Source: Nitrospirales bacterium (GTDB lineage: Bacteria > Nitrospirota > Nitrospiria > Nitrospirales > UBA8639). Taken from it: a stretch of 64,000 nucleotides of DNA. The DNA lies in NCBI GenBank assembly GCA_965223295.1, contig CBDCWC010000003.1, forward strand, positions 1,664,001 to 1,728,000, read 5' to 3'. The position numbers were made by a program, and so were the translations under genes. The notes beneath the pieces are model-generated. The model made no database searches, was not told the origin of the DNA, and saw only the letters and a program-made list of their open reading frames with translations. Positions 40,001 through 49,992 of this stretch are shown in pieces; the stretch's first letter is position 1, and the number at the start of each line of letters is the position of its first letter.

Positions 40001-40469
40001 AGGTAAAAGTTCGTATCTTTCTTCGGTCTAAAGCTCTCCCTCCACAATACAATCTCTATATCTATTGTGTGGTGATGTCTAGCATCAGCTGATTGAGGCG
40101 TTTCTTTGTTTTTTCCCTACTGTTCTTTGTTTAATCTTTCGTTGGCTTCTTTTGTCTTCTGAGGTTTTTTGTTTCATTCTCGCCAATGTTTCTTTTGATC
40201 CTCACCTTTTTCTCTCAATGATACGACTCGGCTATTTCTAAATTGTCGGGATCGTTAACCCTTCCTCCTGCTTCAACTCTATCTTACTCCAGCAAAGATC
40301 ATCATTCTTCACTGTCGGCTACATACTCCCTGGTGTGGCTGTCGATGATTTTAACAGTAAATTCTTTTGCTCAACTTTGTAGGAGTCGACATGTGTGTTT
40401 TCCTTGGTTGCTTTTGGCTGGTTAGCGTGAAATTGCTAAGAATTGTGCAAGTTGTTTGTACCAGTGGGT

Positions 40470-40486
40470 TAGGCACACCATTTGCT
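40470..40486 (+). promoter_or_regulatory. Sigma54 (-24/-12) promoter
   Basis: TAGGCACACCATTTGCT: GG-N10-GC, about 40 nt upstream of ATG 40527. Confidence 0.65.
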
Positions 40487-40526
40487 CAAACCAAAAGGAC
40501 AATCAACACTTTCAAAAAGGGGCACC

Positions 40527-40712
40527 ATGAAAATTTGCGAAAAATGCCAAGGCTCAATGGTTATGGAGCGAGCCGTAGACTTAGAAGTCGGGTTGAGTAT
40601 ATTGTACTTTGCTTGTTTGAATTGTGGAAAACGTCTTCAGGCGGAGAAAGAACCTCAACCTCTGGTCCATTCAATTATTGATACTCACCCACCAGTCAAT
40701 GGAGGAGCATAA
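40527..40712 (+). CDS. Small zinc-ribbon protein
   Basis: MKICEKCQGSMV...CLNCG; AAGGGG RBS. Confidence 0.75.
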   Translation: MKICEKCQGSMVMERAVDLEVGLSILYFACLNCGKRLQAEKEPQPLVHSIIDTHPPVNGGA

Positions 40713-40960
40713 TGCAGAAACATAGCCGACCACTTACACATGATGAAAAAAAAGGTGCGGAAGCCGCATTCAAAGGTGCGCCATTTGATCCGAAATGGTC
40801 TGAAGCTGCCAGAAAAGTATATTTAGGTATTTCTGCGGCGATGGCCAATAAACGGAATGAAGCGTTTCAAGAGATTCGTCCTGCTCGACCAGCTATCCAA
40901 ATAAGACGGACTGCATCTGAGCCAAAGCAGCGGTCTCGCGCAAAATCTAGCTTATGGTAA
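40712..40960 (+). CDS. Small hypothetical protein
   Basis: TAATG coupling to the upstream gene, GGAGGAG RBS, RPLTHDEKKGAEAAF. Confidence 0.72.
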   Translation: MQKHSRPLTHDEKKGAEAAFKGAPFDPKWSEAARKVYLGISAAMANKRNEAFQEIRPARPAIQIRRTASEPKQRSRAKSSLW

Positions 40961-41159
40961 ATCAGGCATTATTTTATGACGGGGACAGTCCAGGGCTGTC
41001 CTCACATTCCTTCCCTGAGCTCGACAGGTTAACTTTCCTCAAATACAATCATCTAGGACGGTTTCAAAAAAAAGCTTCTTGTTAACAAGGTCTATGAGGG
41101 ATGCAGTTTAATTTTCGTGTGAATATGTCGACCAGAGTCACTTCAGCCCATCTATTCTG

Positions 41160-41717
41160 ATGTCCCAAGAAACCACTTTTATAGGATTCGGGTCGAATCT
41201 AGGGGATCGTCAGGAGTTTTGTGATCGGGCTATTGCGCTGATGAATTTATTGCCTCTTTCACAGGTGACTGGAGTGTCGTCTTACTATGAGACGGAACCA
41301 GTTGATCCTGAAGGGAAGCATAAGGAACACTGGTTCTATAATGGCGTTATGCGTTTGAATACCTCTTTAAGTCCTACTCGTCTTTTTGACATCCTACAAG
41401 AAACGGAACGTAGCCTGGGCCGGGGGGAAGACAATCGACAAGGCCCGCGCACAATGGATTTCGATATTCTCCTGTTTGGTCAACAGCAGATTGACCAGCC
41501 ACGCTTAACCATCCCTCACCCGCGTCTACACCAGCGGCGGTTTGTTCTGGAACCCTTGGTGGAGCTGGATTCAGATTATATGCATCCAGTCTTGCATCGA
41601 TCTATGCAGGAACTTCTTGATAGTCTGAAAGATTCCAGTCGTGTGAATAAACTTTCAATCAAGCCAGGGTTGAAATATCAGTCTCGTCCGGCTTGTTCAA
41701 TCCCCCCTTCTTCATAA
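41160..41717 (+). CDS. folK: 2-amino-4-hydroxy-6-hydroxymethyldihydropteridine diphosphokinase
   Basis: IGFGSNLGDR, YETEP, GPRTMDFDILL, IPHPRLHQRRFVL. Confidence 0.95.
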   Translation: MSQETTFIGFGSNLGDRQEFCDRAIALMNLLPLSQVTGVSSYYETEPVDPEGKHKEHWFYNGVMRLNTSLSPTRLFDILQETERSLGRGEDNRQGPRTMDFDILLFGQQQIDQPRLTIPHPRLHQRRFVLEPLVELDSDYMHPVLHRSMQELLDSLKDSSRVNKLSIKPGLKYQSRPACSIPPSS

Positions 41718-41722
41718 AGTCT

Positions 41723-42574
41723 ATGCGTATCATTCGGTCGATACGTGGGCTGCAAGCCTGGCGCCGTAAACATGATCAACAAATAATTGGATTTGTGCCT
41801 ACAATGGGCGCGTTACATGAGGGACATCTATCTCTCATCCGTCGGGCACGCAAACAATGTCCGTCGGTCATCGTGAGCATCTTTGTGAACCCCTTACAAT
41901 TCGGCCCGGCCGAAGATTTAAGCCGCTATCCTCGGCCAGTCAACAATGACCAGCAATTATGCCAGGAGGCTGGAGTCGACTTGCTTTTTTTGCCTTCAAG
42001 TGAAGAATTCTATCCGAATGACTTTCAGACTTCAGTCAAAGTTGGTCTTCTCAGCCAGCGTTGGGAAGGAGAAGCACGTCCAATGCATTTTGAAGGCGTC
42101 GCAACGGTTGTCACAAAACTCTTGAGTCTCGTTCGTCCTACCCATGCCTATTTTGGTCACAAAGACTATCAACAATTGTTAGTCATTCAACAGTTGGTTC
42201 AGGATCTGAATATCAATACCAAGATTGTGCGCTGTGCTACGATTCGGGAATCTGATGGTCTCGCGTTCAGTTCCCGAAATCGTTATCTTTCGACCAGCCA
42301 ACGGCAGCAAGCCGCAACCCTTTCAGCGGCCTTACGGAAGGGTGTCCAGTCGATTAAATCAGGAACGTGGCAGGTTCGGACGATTCGACGGGAAATGATG
42401 AGCGTTCTTAAAAGGTTCAAAGAAATCGAGATTGACTATCTTGCGATTTGTAATGCACAAACTCTGGAACCTCTTACTTCGGTAAAAGGCCAGATGGTGT
42501 TGTTGGGAGCTGTGCGGCTTGGAGATGTTCGTTTGATTGATAACATGCTGGTTAAAGCCCCCACAAAAATTTGA
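41723..42574 (+). CDS. panC: Pantoate--beta-alanine ligase
   Basis: FVPTMGALHEGH, SIFVNPLQFGP, FGHKDYQQ, DGLAFSSRN, RLIDN. Confidence 0.96.
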   Translation: MRIIRSIRGLQAWRRKHDQQIIGFVPTMGALHEGHLSLIRRARKQCPSVIVSIFVNPLQFGPAEDLSRYPRPVNNDQQLCQEAGVDLLFLPSSEEFYPNDFQTSVKVGLLSQRWEGEARPMHFEGVATVVTKLLSLVRPTHAYFGHKDYQQLLVIQQLVQDLNINTKIVRCATIRESDGLAFSSRNRYLSTSQRQQAATLSAALRKGVQSIKSGTWQVRTIRREMMSVLKRFKEIEIDYLAICNAQTLEPLTSVKGQMVLLGAVRLGDVRLIDNMLVKAPTKI

Positions 42575-42597
42575 AGCCGAACACGATTAGGATAGAC

Positions 42598-43245
42598 TCA
42601 GGGATCTTGAATCAATTCGTTGGGAAGTTCGTTTGGATTTTTCTCCCCTTTTTCTAAAGGAAATGCCTCAGCTAACACAGATCCACAGGTTGCAATAGCC
42701 TGACACAAAGATTCAACAGGCTTACCTTTTTGAAACCCGTCTTGAATGAGGGTCACCATATCCTCCCAGGTTTGCTGCGGCACGCGATTGAGTATGGGGT
42801 CATCAGTCAACACTTCAATCCGGTGCTCAAGCAAAGAAACGAGTATGAGCACTCCTGTGCCCAGTTCAGTTCGATGAAGGCCATGTTCTAAAAAAGCCTG
42901 GTGGGCTCGCACATTGACTTTGTAGGCCATGCGGTCCTGAGATGTGAGCAGCCGAACGATCGGCACAAAGCTTCCCAGCCAATACCCTAGGCCATACACA
43001 CACACGACAGTCAGGAGAAGCCATCCGGCATTTGTGGCATGCCATCCCCAAGGCATCCATTCCCATTCGATGGTTAAGAGGGTGCTGAGTACCAGAAAGG
43101 CACAGGCAATGCCCGAGCGATATCGTGCTTCTCTGTAACGAGCCGACCGTTCAATCACCATAGGCACAATCTCCCCGCGTGTCTGGCGTTCAGCTTCCGT
43201 CACGGCTTGGCGAATATGTGCTTGGTCTTGATCAGAAAACGTCAT
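42598..43245 (-). CDS. TPM-domain membrane protein
   Basis: AERQTRGEIV, GVLILVSLLEHRIEVL, NPNELPN. Confidence 0.85.
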   Translation of the reverse strand: MTFSDQDQAHIRQAVTEAERQTRGEIVPMVIERSARYREARYRSGIACAFLVLSTLLTIEWEWMPWGWHATNAGWLLLTVVCVYGLGYWLGSFVPIVRLLTSQDRMAYKVNVRAHQAFLEHGLHRTELGTGVLILVSLLEHRIEVLTDDPILNRVPQQTWEDMVTLIQDGFQKGKPVESLCQAIATCGSVLAEAFPLEKGEKNPNELPNELIQDP

Positions 43246-44175
43246 TTACCATCCTCCCGAAGCGCCGCCTCCGCCGAATCCGCCACCACCACCACCAAAG
43301 CCACCCCCGAACCCTCCCCCAAAACCACCTGATCCACCGATATGACCCTCTCCGGGACCCGGCCAGCCTAATCCCGATTCACGAGCAAAGGGATCGCGAG
43401 AAGGGGGACCACCTGCATTGGATAACAGGCTCACAAGAATCGGTGCAACGACTGCTGCCAAAACTGCGATTAATAAGGTGGCAGGAAGGCCTACGATAAA
43501 GGCGATCGTTCCGCCAATAATACTTCCATTGAGGCGTCGTTGGGATCCTAGAAATAATCCGAAAACTGTTCCAAGCGCGACAGCTAACCCAAAAATTTCC
43601 CATGCTCCGAGATCTTGTTTTGACATATGAGGTGAGGGGGAGGTGTTGACATACGTCCCCTCGATAGTTGCGAGAATGGCTTGAGTGCCTGCGGCAATCC
43701 CTCCGGAGAAATCTCCTGTCCGAAAACGAGGCACGACTTCATGGCGAATAATGCGTGAGCTCTTGGCGTCAGTCAGCGTTCCCTCCAGTCCATACCCAAC
43801 TTCAATACGAAGTTTCTTCTCTTTCATCGCAATCAGGAACAGGACTCCATTGTCTGTTCCCTTCTTCCCAAGCGTCCAGGCGGTGGCCACTTGATGGGAA
43901 AACTCTTCCAAGGAGTTGCCTTCTAAAGACGGTAAGGTGAGAATGGCTACTTGATTAGATGTGTTGGTTTCATGTGCTTCGAGGGCTGAATTGAGCTGAG
44001 CAAGCGTGGAAGGCGAAAGCACATGGGCACGGTCTACCACTCGACCGGTGAGGGGTGGGATGTCCAAGGCCCATGCTGGTGGTATCAGGAGTAAGAGGCT
44101 CAGGACTCCCCACCACAGCTGGTGAAGCCACCGACTTGGCAACCACATGGTCGGCATAGTGAAAATTTTCTCCAA
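43246..44175 (-). CDS. TPM-domain (YgcG-like) protein with Gly-rich tail
   Basis: GRVVDRA, DNGVLFLIA, RIEVGYGLEGTLTD, GGGGASGGW; the true start may be slightly downstream. Confidence 0.9.
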   Translation of the reverse strand: MEKIFTMPTMWLPSRWLHQLWWGVLSLLLLIPPAWALDIPPLTGRVVDRAHVLSPSTLAQLNSALEAHETNTSNQVAILTLPSLEGNSLEEFSHQVATAWTLGKKGTDNGVLFLIAMKEKKLRIEVGYGLEGTLTDAKSSRIIRHEVVPRFRTGDFSGGIAAGTQAILATIEGTYVNTSPSPHMSKQDLGAWEIFGLAVALGTVFGLFLGSQRRLNGSIIGGTIAFIVGLPATLLIAVLAAVVAPILVSLLSNAGGPPSRDPFARESGLGWPGPGEGHIGGSGGFGGGFGGGFGGGGGGFGGGGASGGW

Positions 44176-44180
44176 GGTAC

Positions 44181-44777
44181 TTAGAACTTCACCTCAGGAG
44201 GGGTGGAAATGGCTTTTTCGTCCGCAACGGAGAAATTTGGTTTGACCTCAAGCCCCAAGAGGTATTTAGCGGTCAAATTTGTGGGGAAAAATCGAACACC
44301 CTTATTATATTCAGCCACGGTCTCAATGTAGCGTTTCCTTGCAACCGTGATGCGATTCTCTGTGCCTTCTAGTTGACTTTGGAGGTCACGGAAATTTTCA
44401 TTGGCTTTCAGATCGGGATATTTTTCCACGACAACCATTAAACGAGATAAGGCCGACGTGAGCCCCTGCTGAGCTTCTTGAAATTTTTGAAATAAACTAG
44501 GATCTTTGAGGGCTTCTGGAGTCAGCTTAATACCAGCGACTTGTGAACGGGCCTGCGTGACTCCCTCCAACGTTTCTTGCTCATGCTCAGCATAGCCTTT
44601 GACCGTAGCGACAAGATTGGGAATCAGGTCGGCCCGGCGCTGATATTGGTTCAGCACTTCGCTCCATGCTGCGTTGGTGGCCTCATCTAATCCCTGAAGA
44701 TCGTTATACCCGCATCCACTTAGGGATAAAGCCAACAGGAGTAATCCGAGAAAAAGTCTCTTCAACAATCGTCGCAT
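44181..44777 (-). CDS. lemA: LemA family lipoprotein
   Basis: LSGCGYN, QYQRRADLIPNLV, YPDLKA, QLEGTENRI. Confidence 0.93.
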   Translation of the reverse strand: MRRLLKRLFLGLLLLALSLSGCGYNDLQGLDEATNAAWSEVLNQYQRRADLIPNLVATVKGYAEHEQETLEGVTQARSQVAGIKLTPEALKDPSLFQKFQEAQQGLTSALSRLMVVVEKYPDLKANENFRDLQSQLEGTENRITVARKRYIETVAEYNKGVRFFPTNLTAKYLLGLEVKPNFSVADEKAISTPPEVKF

Positions 44778-44835
44778 CGTCTAGTCCTCCTTAGAGTAAG
44801 GTCGCCTATTCCCCAAACGCTCAACGAACAAAAAT

Positions 44836-45026
44836 GGGTCTGTTGAAAAAAGCCGCCAGCGGTGTTCTCGCCATTTTTTCGTGCTCACATAATGCCAGTA
44901 TGCTCCGCGCGCAAAAATGGCTGCGGCCTTGCCGGACGGACTTTTTTGAACCGACCCAACGCTATTGATCGCTAAGGGCTTCCTGGCGAAACATGGCCTT
45001 TGATATCTTCATTATTCAACATTCCC
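44836..45026 (+). mobile_element. MITE-like element, family A copy 2 (no nested palindrome)
   Basis: TIRs gggtctgttgaa / ttcaacattccc; flanks AAAAT / AAAAG (4 of 5 match). Confidence 0.78.
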
Positions 45027-45319
45027 AAAAGATATACATCGATTTTGAGAAAACAAAAAAATGATTGTTCTATTCAACGAGGAAGAATGCAGAGGGGATG
45101 AAGTATTGTGGCAGTGCCCACAGAAAATGGCAAATCATTTTTTCATGAAATTGCATCTTGAGTTTCAAATGGAGACGGTGTCGACGTGAATAGTTGTTGA
45201 TCGGTATCAAAGCTCTTCGAAAGGGTGGGATTTTCTCTATAAAGAGGTCCACAATACGAAGAGGATTTTGTGGATTAATCATCGAAAACAACTGCATATT
45301 TTTCTCATTACAGCATAGT

Positions 45320-45700
45320 TTAGCATGATTCCATTTGTTTGCGGATGATTTCATCAAGGGATGCGGGGGAATAGGTTGGAGGTTTTACCCATTTGCCGTC
45401 TTCACGTTTGTAGCCGCCGACCTTACTCATGTTGGAGCGATGGACTTCCTTAAAAACCGGATCCATATCGATTCCCAGGGAAACGGCGGTACCATATACT
45501 ACATAGAGAAGGTCTGCTAATTCTTTCGCTATGGCTGGCAGGTCCTTCCCCTGCATCGCTTCTTGCAACTCCTCGAACTCTTCTTGAATGAGCCGATTTC
45601 TCAGGGTTGTTATGGCTTCATTAGGAATCGATGGTGTGGTGGAGCGATGAATGTCAAATTGTTCATGAAATTCTTGGACCATCTTTTGTGCGGCGTTCAA
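45320..45700 (-). CDS. All-alpha NTP pyrophosphohydrolase (MazG/PRA-PH-like)
   Basis: LIQEEFEEL, KELADLLYVVYG, EVHRSNMSK, REDGKWVKP. Confidence 0.87.
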   Translation of the reverse strand: MNAAQKMVQEFHEQFDIHRSTTPSIPNEAITTLRNRLIQEEFEELQEAMQGKDLPAIAKELADLLYVVYGTAVSLGIDMDPVFKEVHRSNMSKVGGYKREDGKWVKPPTYSPASLDEIIRKQMESC

Positions 45701-45708
45701 AGTCTTCT

Positions 45709-45742
45709 ACCTCCCCTAGCCCCTCCTGATCAAGGAGGGGAA
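45709..45742. repeat. Short REP-like palindrome
   Basis: acctcccctag-CCCCTCCT-gatca-AGGAGGGG-aa; single copy in the window. Confidence 0.5.
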
Positions 45743-45750
45743 AGTAATCA

Positions 45751-47088
45751 TTACAATACCAGTACGAAATAAATGTCGTTGACGTTGGTGCGGGTTGGGC
45801 CAGTGATGATATGGCCGCCGACTTGTTGAAAAAAGGTATAACTATTATTTGCCCGTAGTATCTTGAAGGGATCGAGGCCAAATTTCTTGGCTCGTTTGAT
45901 CGTGGTTCCATCAACCATCGCTCCGGCAACCTCTGTAGGGCCATCAGAGCCGTCTGTACCAAACCCTGCCACAATCACGTTGGGGAGTCCAGCAAGTTCT
46001 TGCGCTGCAGCTAGGACACATTCCTGCGCCCTTCCACCCTTCCCTTTTCCTTTCACCGTGACGGTGGGCTCTCCACCAGCCATTAGGCAAGCTGGAGGGC
46101 GCACTGGATTACCGAACGTACCAATATCTGTAGCCAGAGCTCCAAGTATGGCTCCGAGATTATGGGCTTCGCCTAGCAAGGGAGAACCAAGAATATACGG
46201 GTGAAGTCCTAACCGCTTTACTTTTTGAGCAATCGAGGTAATGGCCGTGTGGTTGTTGGCTAGGATGATTGAATGTCGACGTGGAGAGTTGTTTCTTTTT
46301 CGTTTCCAAGTTTCAGGAAGCCGACCTAGAAGACCTTGACCCAGATGTTTCCGCACATTTGGAGAAATTTTCGTCCATAGGTGATAACGCTTCAGAATGG
46401 ATTTGGCTTCCTGAAACGTCGTAGCATCTGGGACGGTTGGGCCTGAGCCGATAGCGCTCATGTCATCACCAATGACATCAGAGATGATCAAGGTCAAGAT
46501 TTTGGCGGAAGTAGCTTGGGCAAGTTGTCCTCCTTTGATTGCAGATAGATGTTTCCGTACGGTGTTGAACTCTTGAATGCTGGCGCCACACTGTAAGAGC
46601 AGGTCGGTCGTGCGTCGTTTCTCAGCTAACGTCAAACCGTGAGCAGGAGCACAGAGCAGACTGGATGCGCCTCCCGAAAGAAGGACGATCAGCAAGTCTC
46701 GTCTGTTCAGGGATTGTACCCAGTTCAGAAGGCGTTTCGTCGTGTGGATGCTGCGAGCATCGGGAAGGGGGTGGCCTGCTTCCACAATCTCTATTTTTTT
46801 AGTGGCTCTTTCGTATCCGTCTTTCACAATCACCAATCCACCCTCTAAGAATGGCCCTAGGACCTGTTCCAGTGCCCGAGCCATATGGGCTGATGCTTTT
46901 CCTGCACCTACGCAGACGACCCGTCGATAGGCGGCGAGGTTGTATTGAATGGTGTTGACGTGTAGTTGGTGACCTTTTCGGGTCATGGCACATGTGATTG
47001 CCTTACTGGAACTAGCTGCATCCAAGCCAGTCTGAATGAGCGTCTTCAGGATTCGTGTGGATCGACTAAGCGGGGCGTGAATGATCAT
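45751..47088 (-). CDS. Glycerate 2-kinase (MOFRL family)
   Basis: GAGKAS, EAGHPLPD, LSGGASSL, RKHLSAIKGG, GGEPTV, GTDGSDG, TGPTRTNVND; the ATG lies in the MITE target duplication. Confidence 0.92.
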   Translation of the reverse strand: MIIHAPLSRSTRILKTLIQTGLDAASSSKAITCAMTRKGHQLHVNTIQYNLAAYRRVVCVGAGKASAHMARALEQVLGPFLEGGLVIVKDGYERATKKIEIVEAGHPLPDARSIHTTKRLLNWVQSLNRRDLLIVLLSGGASSLLCAPAHGLTLAEKRRTTDLLLQCGASIQEFNTVRKHLSAIKGGQLAQATSAKILTLIISDVIGDDMSAIGSGPTVPDATTFQEAKSILKRYHLWTKISPNVRKHLGQGLLGRLPETWKRKRNNSPRRHSIILANNHTAITSIAQKVKRLGLHPYILGSPLLGEAHNLGAILGALATDIGTFGNPVRPPACLMAGGEPTVTVKGKGKGGRAQECVLAAAQELAGLPNVIVAGFGTDGSDGPTEVAGAMVDGTTIKRAKKFGLDPFKILRANNSYTFFQQVGGHIITGPTRTNVNDIYFVLVL

Positions 47089-47242
47089 GGGACTGTTGAA
47101 TAATGATGATATCAAAGGCCATATTTCGCCAGGAAGCCCTTGGTGATCAATAGGCGTCGGGTCGGTTCAAAAAAGTCTGCTTGCCTGCGCGAAACTGCTC
47201 CGGCGAAGGCAGGGAACGCCGCCGGATTTTTTCAACAGACCC
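47089..47242 (-). mobile_element. MITE-like element, family A copy 3 (inverted, internally deleted)
   Basis: TIRs gggactgttgaa / ttcaacagaccc; perfect 5-bp duplication ATCAT (47084-47088, 47243-47247); nested palindrome at 47180-47213. Confidence 0.82.
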
Positions 47243-47300
47243 ATCATGATGGCTGAGTGATTGAACTGGAACAGAAGATTTCAGTGAAGGACAGGTAATA

Positions 47301-49772
47301 TTAGTGTATATCTGAATCAGAAAATTCGGTAGTTTCTAGATCGGAAAGAGGGTCTTCGGAAGAGGGTAAGGCACGTGCGCTGAGGGTTTGATGCAAAATG
47401 GCGCTGAGACCAATGAGTGAATAGGGCTTGTTGATGATTCCTTGAAATCCATAGGTGTGGTAATTCGCCAGGATTGGGTCATTTGAATAGCCGCTTGAGA
47501 CAAAGGCCACGACGTCCGGATCCAGTTCACGTAGGCGGAGGATGGTTTCTTTGCCGCCTAAACTTCCGGGAATGGTCAAGTCCAAAATCACAGCCGTAAA
47601 AGGGGTGTGTTGCTCGAGAGCTTGTTTGAACAACGCAATGGTTTCATAGCCGTCTTTTGCCACGACACATTGATATCCGCAATGAGAAAGCATTTCACGA
47701 GCCACGTGGCGAATGGGTTGTTCATCATCCATGAGAAGGATCGTGCCTTCCCCATGCTTGAGGGGGACGGCCGCAAGTTTGAGGGGTTTGGCTCCGGTTG
47801 AACAGGCAGGGAAGTAGAGTGAAAATATCGTCCCAATATTGGGACGTGATTCAACACTGATATGCCCATTGTGCTTTTTGACAATGGTGTAGGTTGATGC
47901 AAGGCCTAACCCTTGCCCCTCTGGTTTAGTCGAAAAGTAAGGATCAAAAATTCTATCCACTTGTTCCTTAGGAATGCCGATGCCTTCATCTGCCAATGTG
48001 ATGTTGACATAGGGACCCGGAGGAAGAGGGATAGGGGAAAAAGTGGGAGATTCGCTAATCCAAATGTTGTCAGCTTGGATCGTCAGCTTCCCTCCTTGAG
48101 GCATCGCCTGGACTGCATTAATGACAATGTTGTGAATGACTTGACTGACCTGCCCCGGATCCGCCTCGATAGGCCACAAATCTGACGCAAGGTGCGGTTT
48201 ACAAAGGACCGAAGACCCTGATAGGGCAAAGCCGGTGGATTCGTTGATAAGGTCCTTCAGTGAAATCAGATGTTTAATCGGATCGCCTCCTTTGGCAAAG
48301 GCCAGCAATTGTTGCGTGAGATCTTTTGCTCGCCAAGTGGCTTGTTCGGCTCGAGAGAGATAGGTTTCACCCAGAGGGGGCAAGGTCATGATATGTTCCG
48401 TCAACGTGATATTTCCTAAAATACTTGTGAGAAGATTGTTGAAATCGTGGGCGATTCCTCCAGCGAGTGTACCAATGGCATCCATTTTCTGTGATCGTAA
48501 GAGCTGTGCTTCTAGTTGACGTTTTTCGTCGTCGATTTTTCGCCGTTCCGTCATATCCCGCGTCACTCCGGTGAAGCCTTGGGGTTGTCCGTCTTTGTCT
48601 AATACCAGACTAGCACGTACTTCAGCCCAAACCGTGCTGCCATCTTTGCAGAGATGTTCCAATTCTAGGAGAAGAGGTGGAACCTGCTGCCCAGGATTTC
48701 TAGCAAGACGGTCTAATTCCTGGTTGATCGCGGTTTGAGCTTTTTCCAAGGAAGATGGGGTCAAGCATTCGGCTAACGACATGGCCATGACTTCTTCTGC
48801 GGAATACCCACGTAATTGTTTCACCGAGGGGCTCACATAGGTGATACGATTGCCGTCCAGGTCCATCATCCAGATGACATCAGAAATATTTTCCGTCACA
48901 AATCGATAAAGCGACTCCGATGCTTGTAATGCCGTCGTTCGTGCCTCAACTAATATTTCAAGTTGTTCTTGATGTCGCCGTAATTTCTCTTCTATGGCAG
49001 CTCTTTGGGTGATTTCTTTGCTCAGGGAATTATTGAGTGTCTGTGCGCGATCCCGTGCTTGCACTAAGTTCGCCACCAAATTGGAATTTTCTTCATGAAG
49101 GCTGAGGGATTTCAGTAGCATGATGTGGTTTCGTCGCGCTGTGACGGTCATAATAATGACGAAAAGGAGTCCCATCCCGCCCATGCCGACATGTAACGCA
49201 TCCCCTCTCGAAAAGAAATAGATTGTGAGTGGTGCTGCCGTAGGAAGACAATACGCCAGGAAGGCTGGAAAATGGGAGGCATATAACGCCGTGGCTCCAG
49301 CAACCATACCTCCGATCGCAAAGGTCAGAAAAACCTCGTGGCCAACAGATGTTGAGGGATATAAGATGACCCCACCAATTCCCCAAATGCAGCCTGAAGC
49401 GAAATTTCCAGCTAAGAACCAATTTTTCCATTGGTCGAGTGAGGCCTGGCTTTGGGTTACTTGACGATATCGATAGAGAAATATTGCCCAACCCCCATTA
49501 ATAATTAAAAGACTAAAAATCCAGGTGACAATGGATATCCGAGGAACGATCGTCCATAAGAGAGCAGCCAAAACTCCGCCATTGATGAGAGAGACCCAAA
49601 TTCCATATGGGGCCAATGAGAAAAGCTGATGAAGCTGTTGACTAAAGAGAAATGTTGATGATTGATCTGCAGGTGTGATTAGTGGGGGCGATTTGTCTGG
49701 AACGTCGGCTGGGTCGCTGTCGGGGGAGAGCCAACGTGACATGTGGGAGATCGTATGTTTCGCTACTTCCAT
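47301..49772 (-). CDS. Membrane hybrid sensor kinase (TM-PAS/PAC-HisKA-HATPase-REC)
   Basis: About 5-6 TM segments, YVSPS..GYS PAS, GGIAHDFNN, DEGIGI, FSTK..GQGLGL, LLMDDE..ILDL..KP. Confidence 0.93.
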   Translation of the reverse strand: MEVAKHTISHMSRWLSPDSDPADVPDKSPPLITPADQSSTFLFSQQLHQLFSLAPYGIWVSLINGGVLAALLWTIVPRISIVTWIFSLLIINGGWAIFLYRYRQVTQSQASLDQWKNWFLAGNFASGCIWGIGGVILYPSTSVGHEVFLTFAIGGMVAGATALYASHFPAFLAYCLPTAAPLTIYFFSRGDALHVGMGGMGLLFVIIMTVTARRNHIMLLKSLSLHEENSNLVANLVQARDRAQTLNNSLSKEITQRAAIEEKLRRHQEQLEILVEARTTALQASESLYRFVTENISDVIWMMDLDGNRITYVSPSVKQLRGYSAEEVMAMSLAECLTPSSLEKAQTAINQELDRLARNPGQQVPPLLLELEHLCKDGSTVWAEVRASLVLDKDGQPQGFTGVTRDMTERRKIDDEKRQLEAQLLRSQKMDAIGTLAGGIAHDFNNLLTSILGNITLTEHIMTLPPLGETYLSRAEQATWRAKDLTQQLLAFAKGGDPIKHLISLKDLINESTGFALSGSSVLCKPHLASDLWPIEADPGQVSQVIHNIVINAVQAMPQGGKLTIQADNIWISESPTFSPIPLPPGPYVNITLADEGIGIPKEQVDRIFDPYFSTKPEGQGLGLASTYTIVKKHNGHISVESRPNIGTIFSLYFPACSTGAKPLKLAAVPLKHGEGTILLMDDEQPIRHVAREMLSHCGYQCVVAKDGYETIALFKQALEQHTPFTAVILDLTIPGSLGGKETILRLRELDPDVVAFVSSGYSNDPILANYHTYGFQGIINKPYSLIGLSAILHQTLSARALPSSEDPLSDLETTEFSDSDIH

Positions 49773-49992
49773 GTGAAGAGCTAGAAGAGCTATTACCGTT
49801 TATCCTGGAGGGGGCGAATGGGTTGGGAACCCCCATTGCAACTGATAGACTGCCGAATTTTAGGAACATTGTCAAATATTGCTGGTTTCCCAGTATCCTT
49901 CTTTACGACAGTGATAAAGGTAACCACGTATCTGTGAGGAAGAAATGCCGGTTTCTTCCAGAGAGGGCCAGAAATCCTATAGGATAACAGTT

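Noticed and set aside
40080-40260. T-rich low-complexity tract as ncRNA or repeat
   Set aside because: No periodicity or convincing stem; treated as ordinary intergenic DNA
43246-43345. GGN-rich tandem repeat
   Set aside because: Encodes the normal Gly-rich tail of YgcG/TPM proteins
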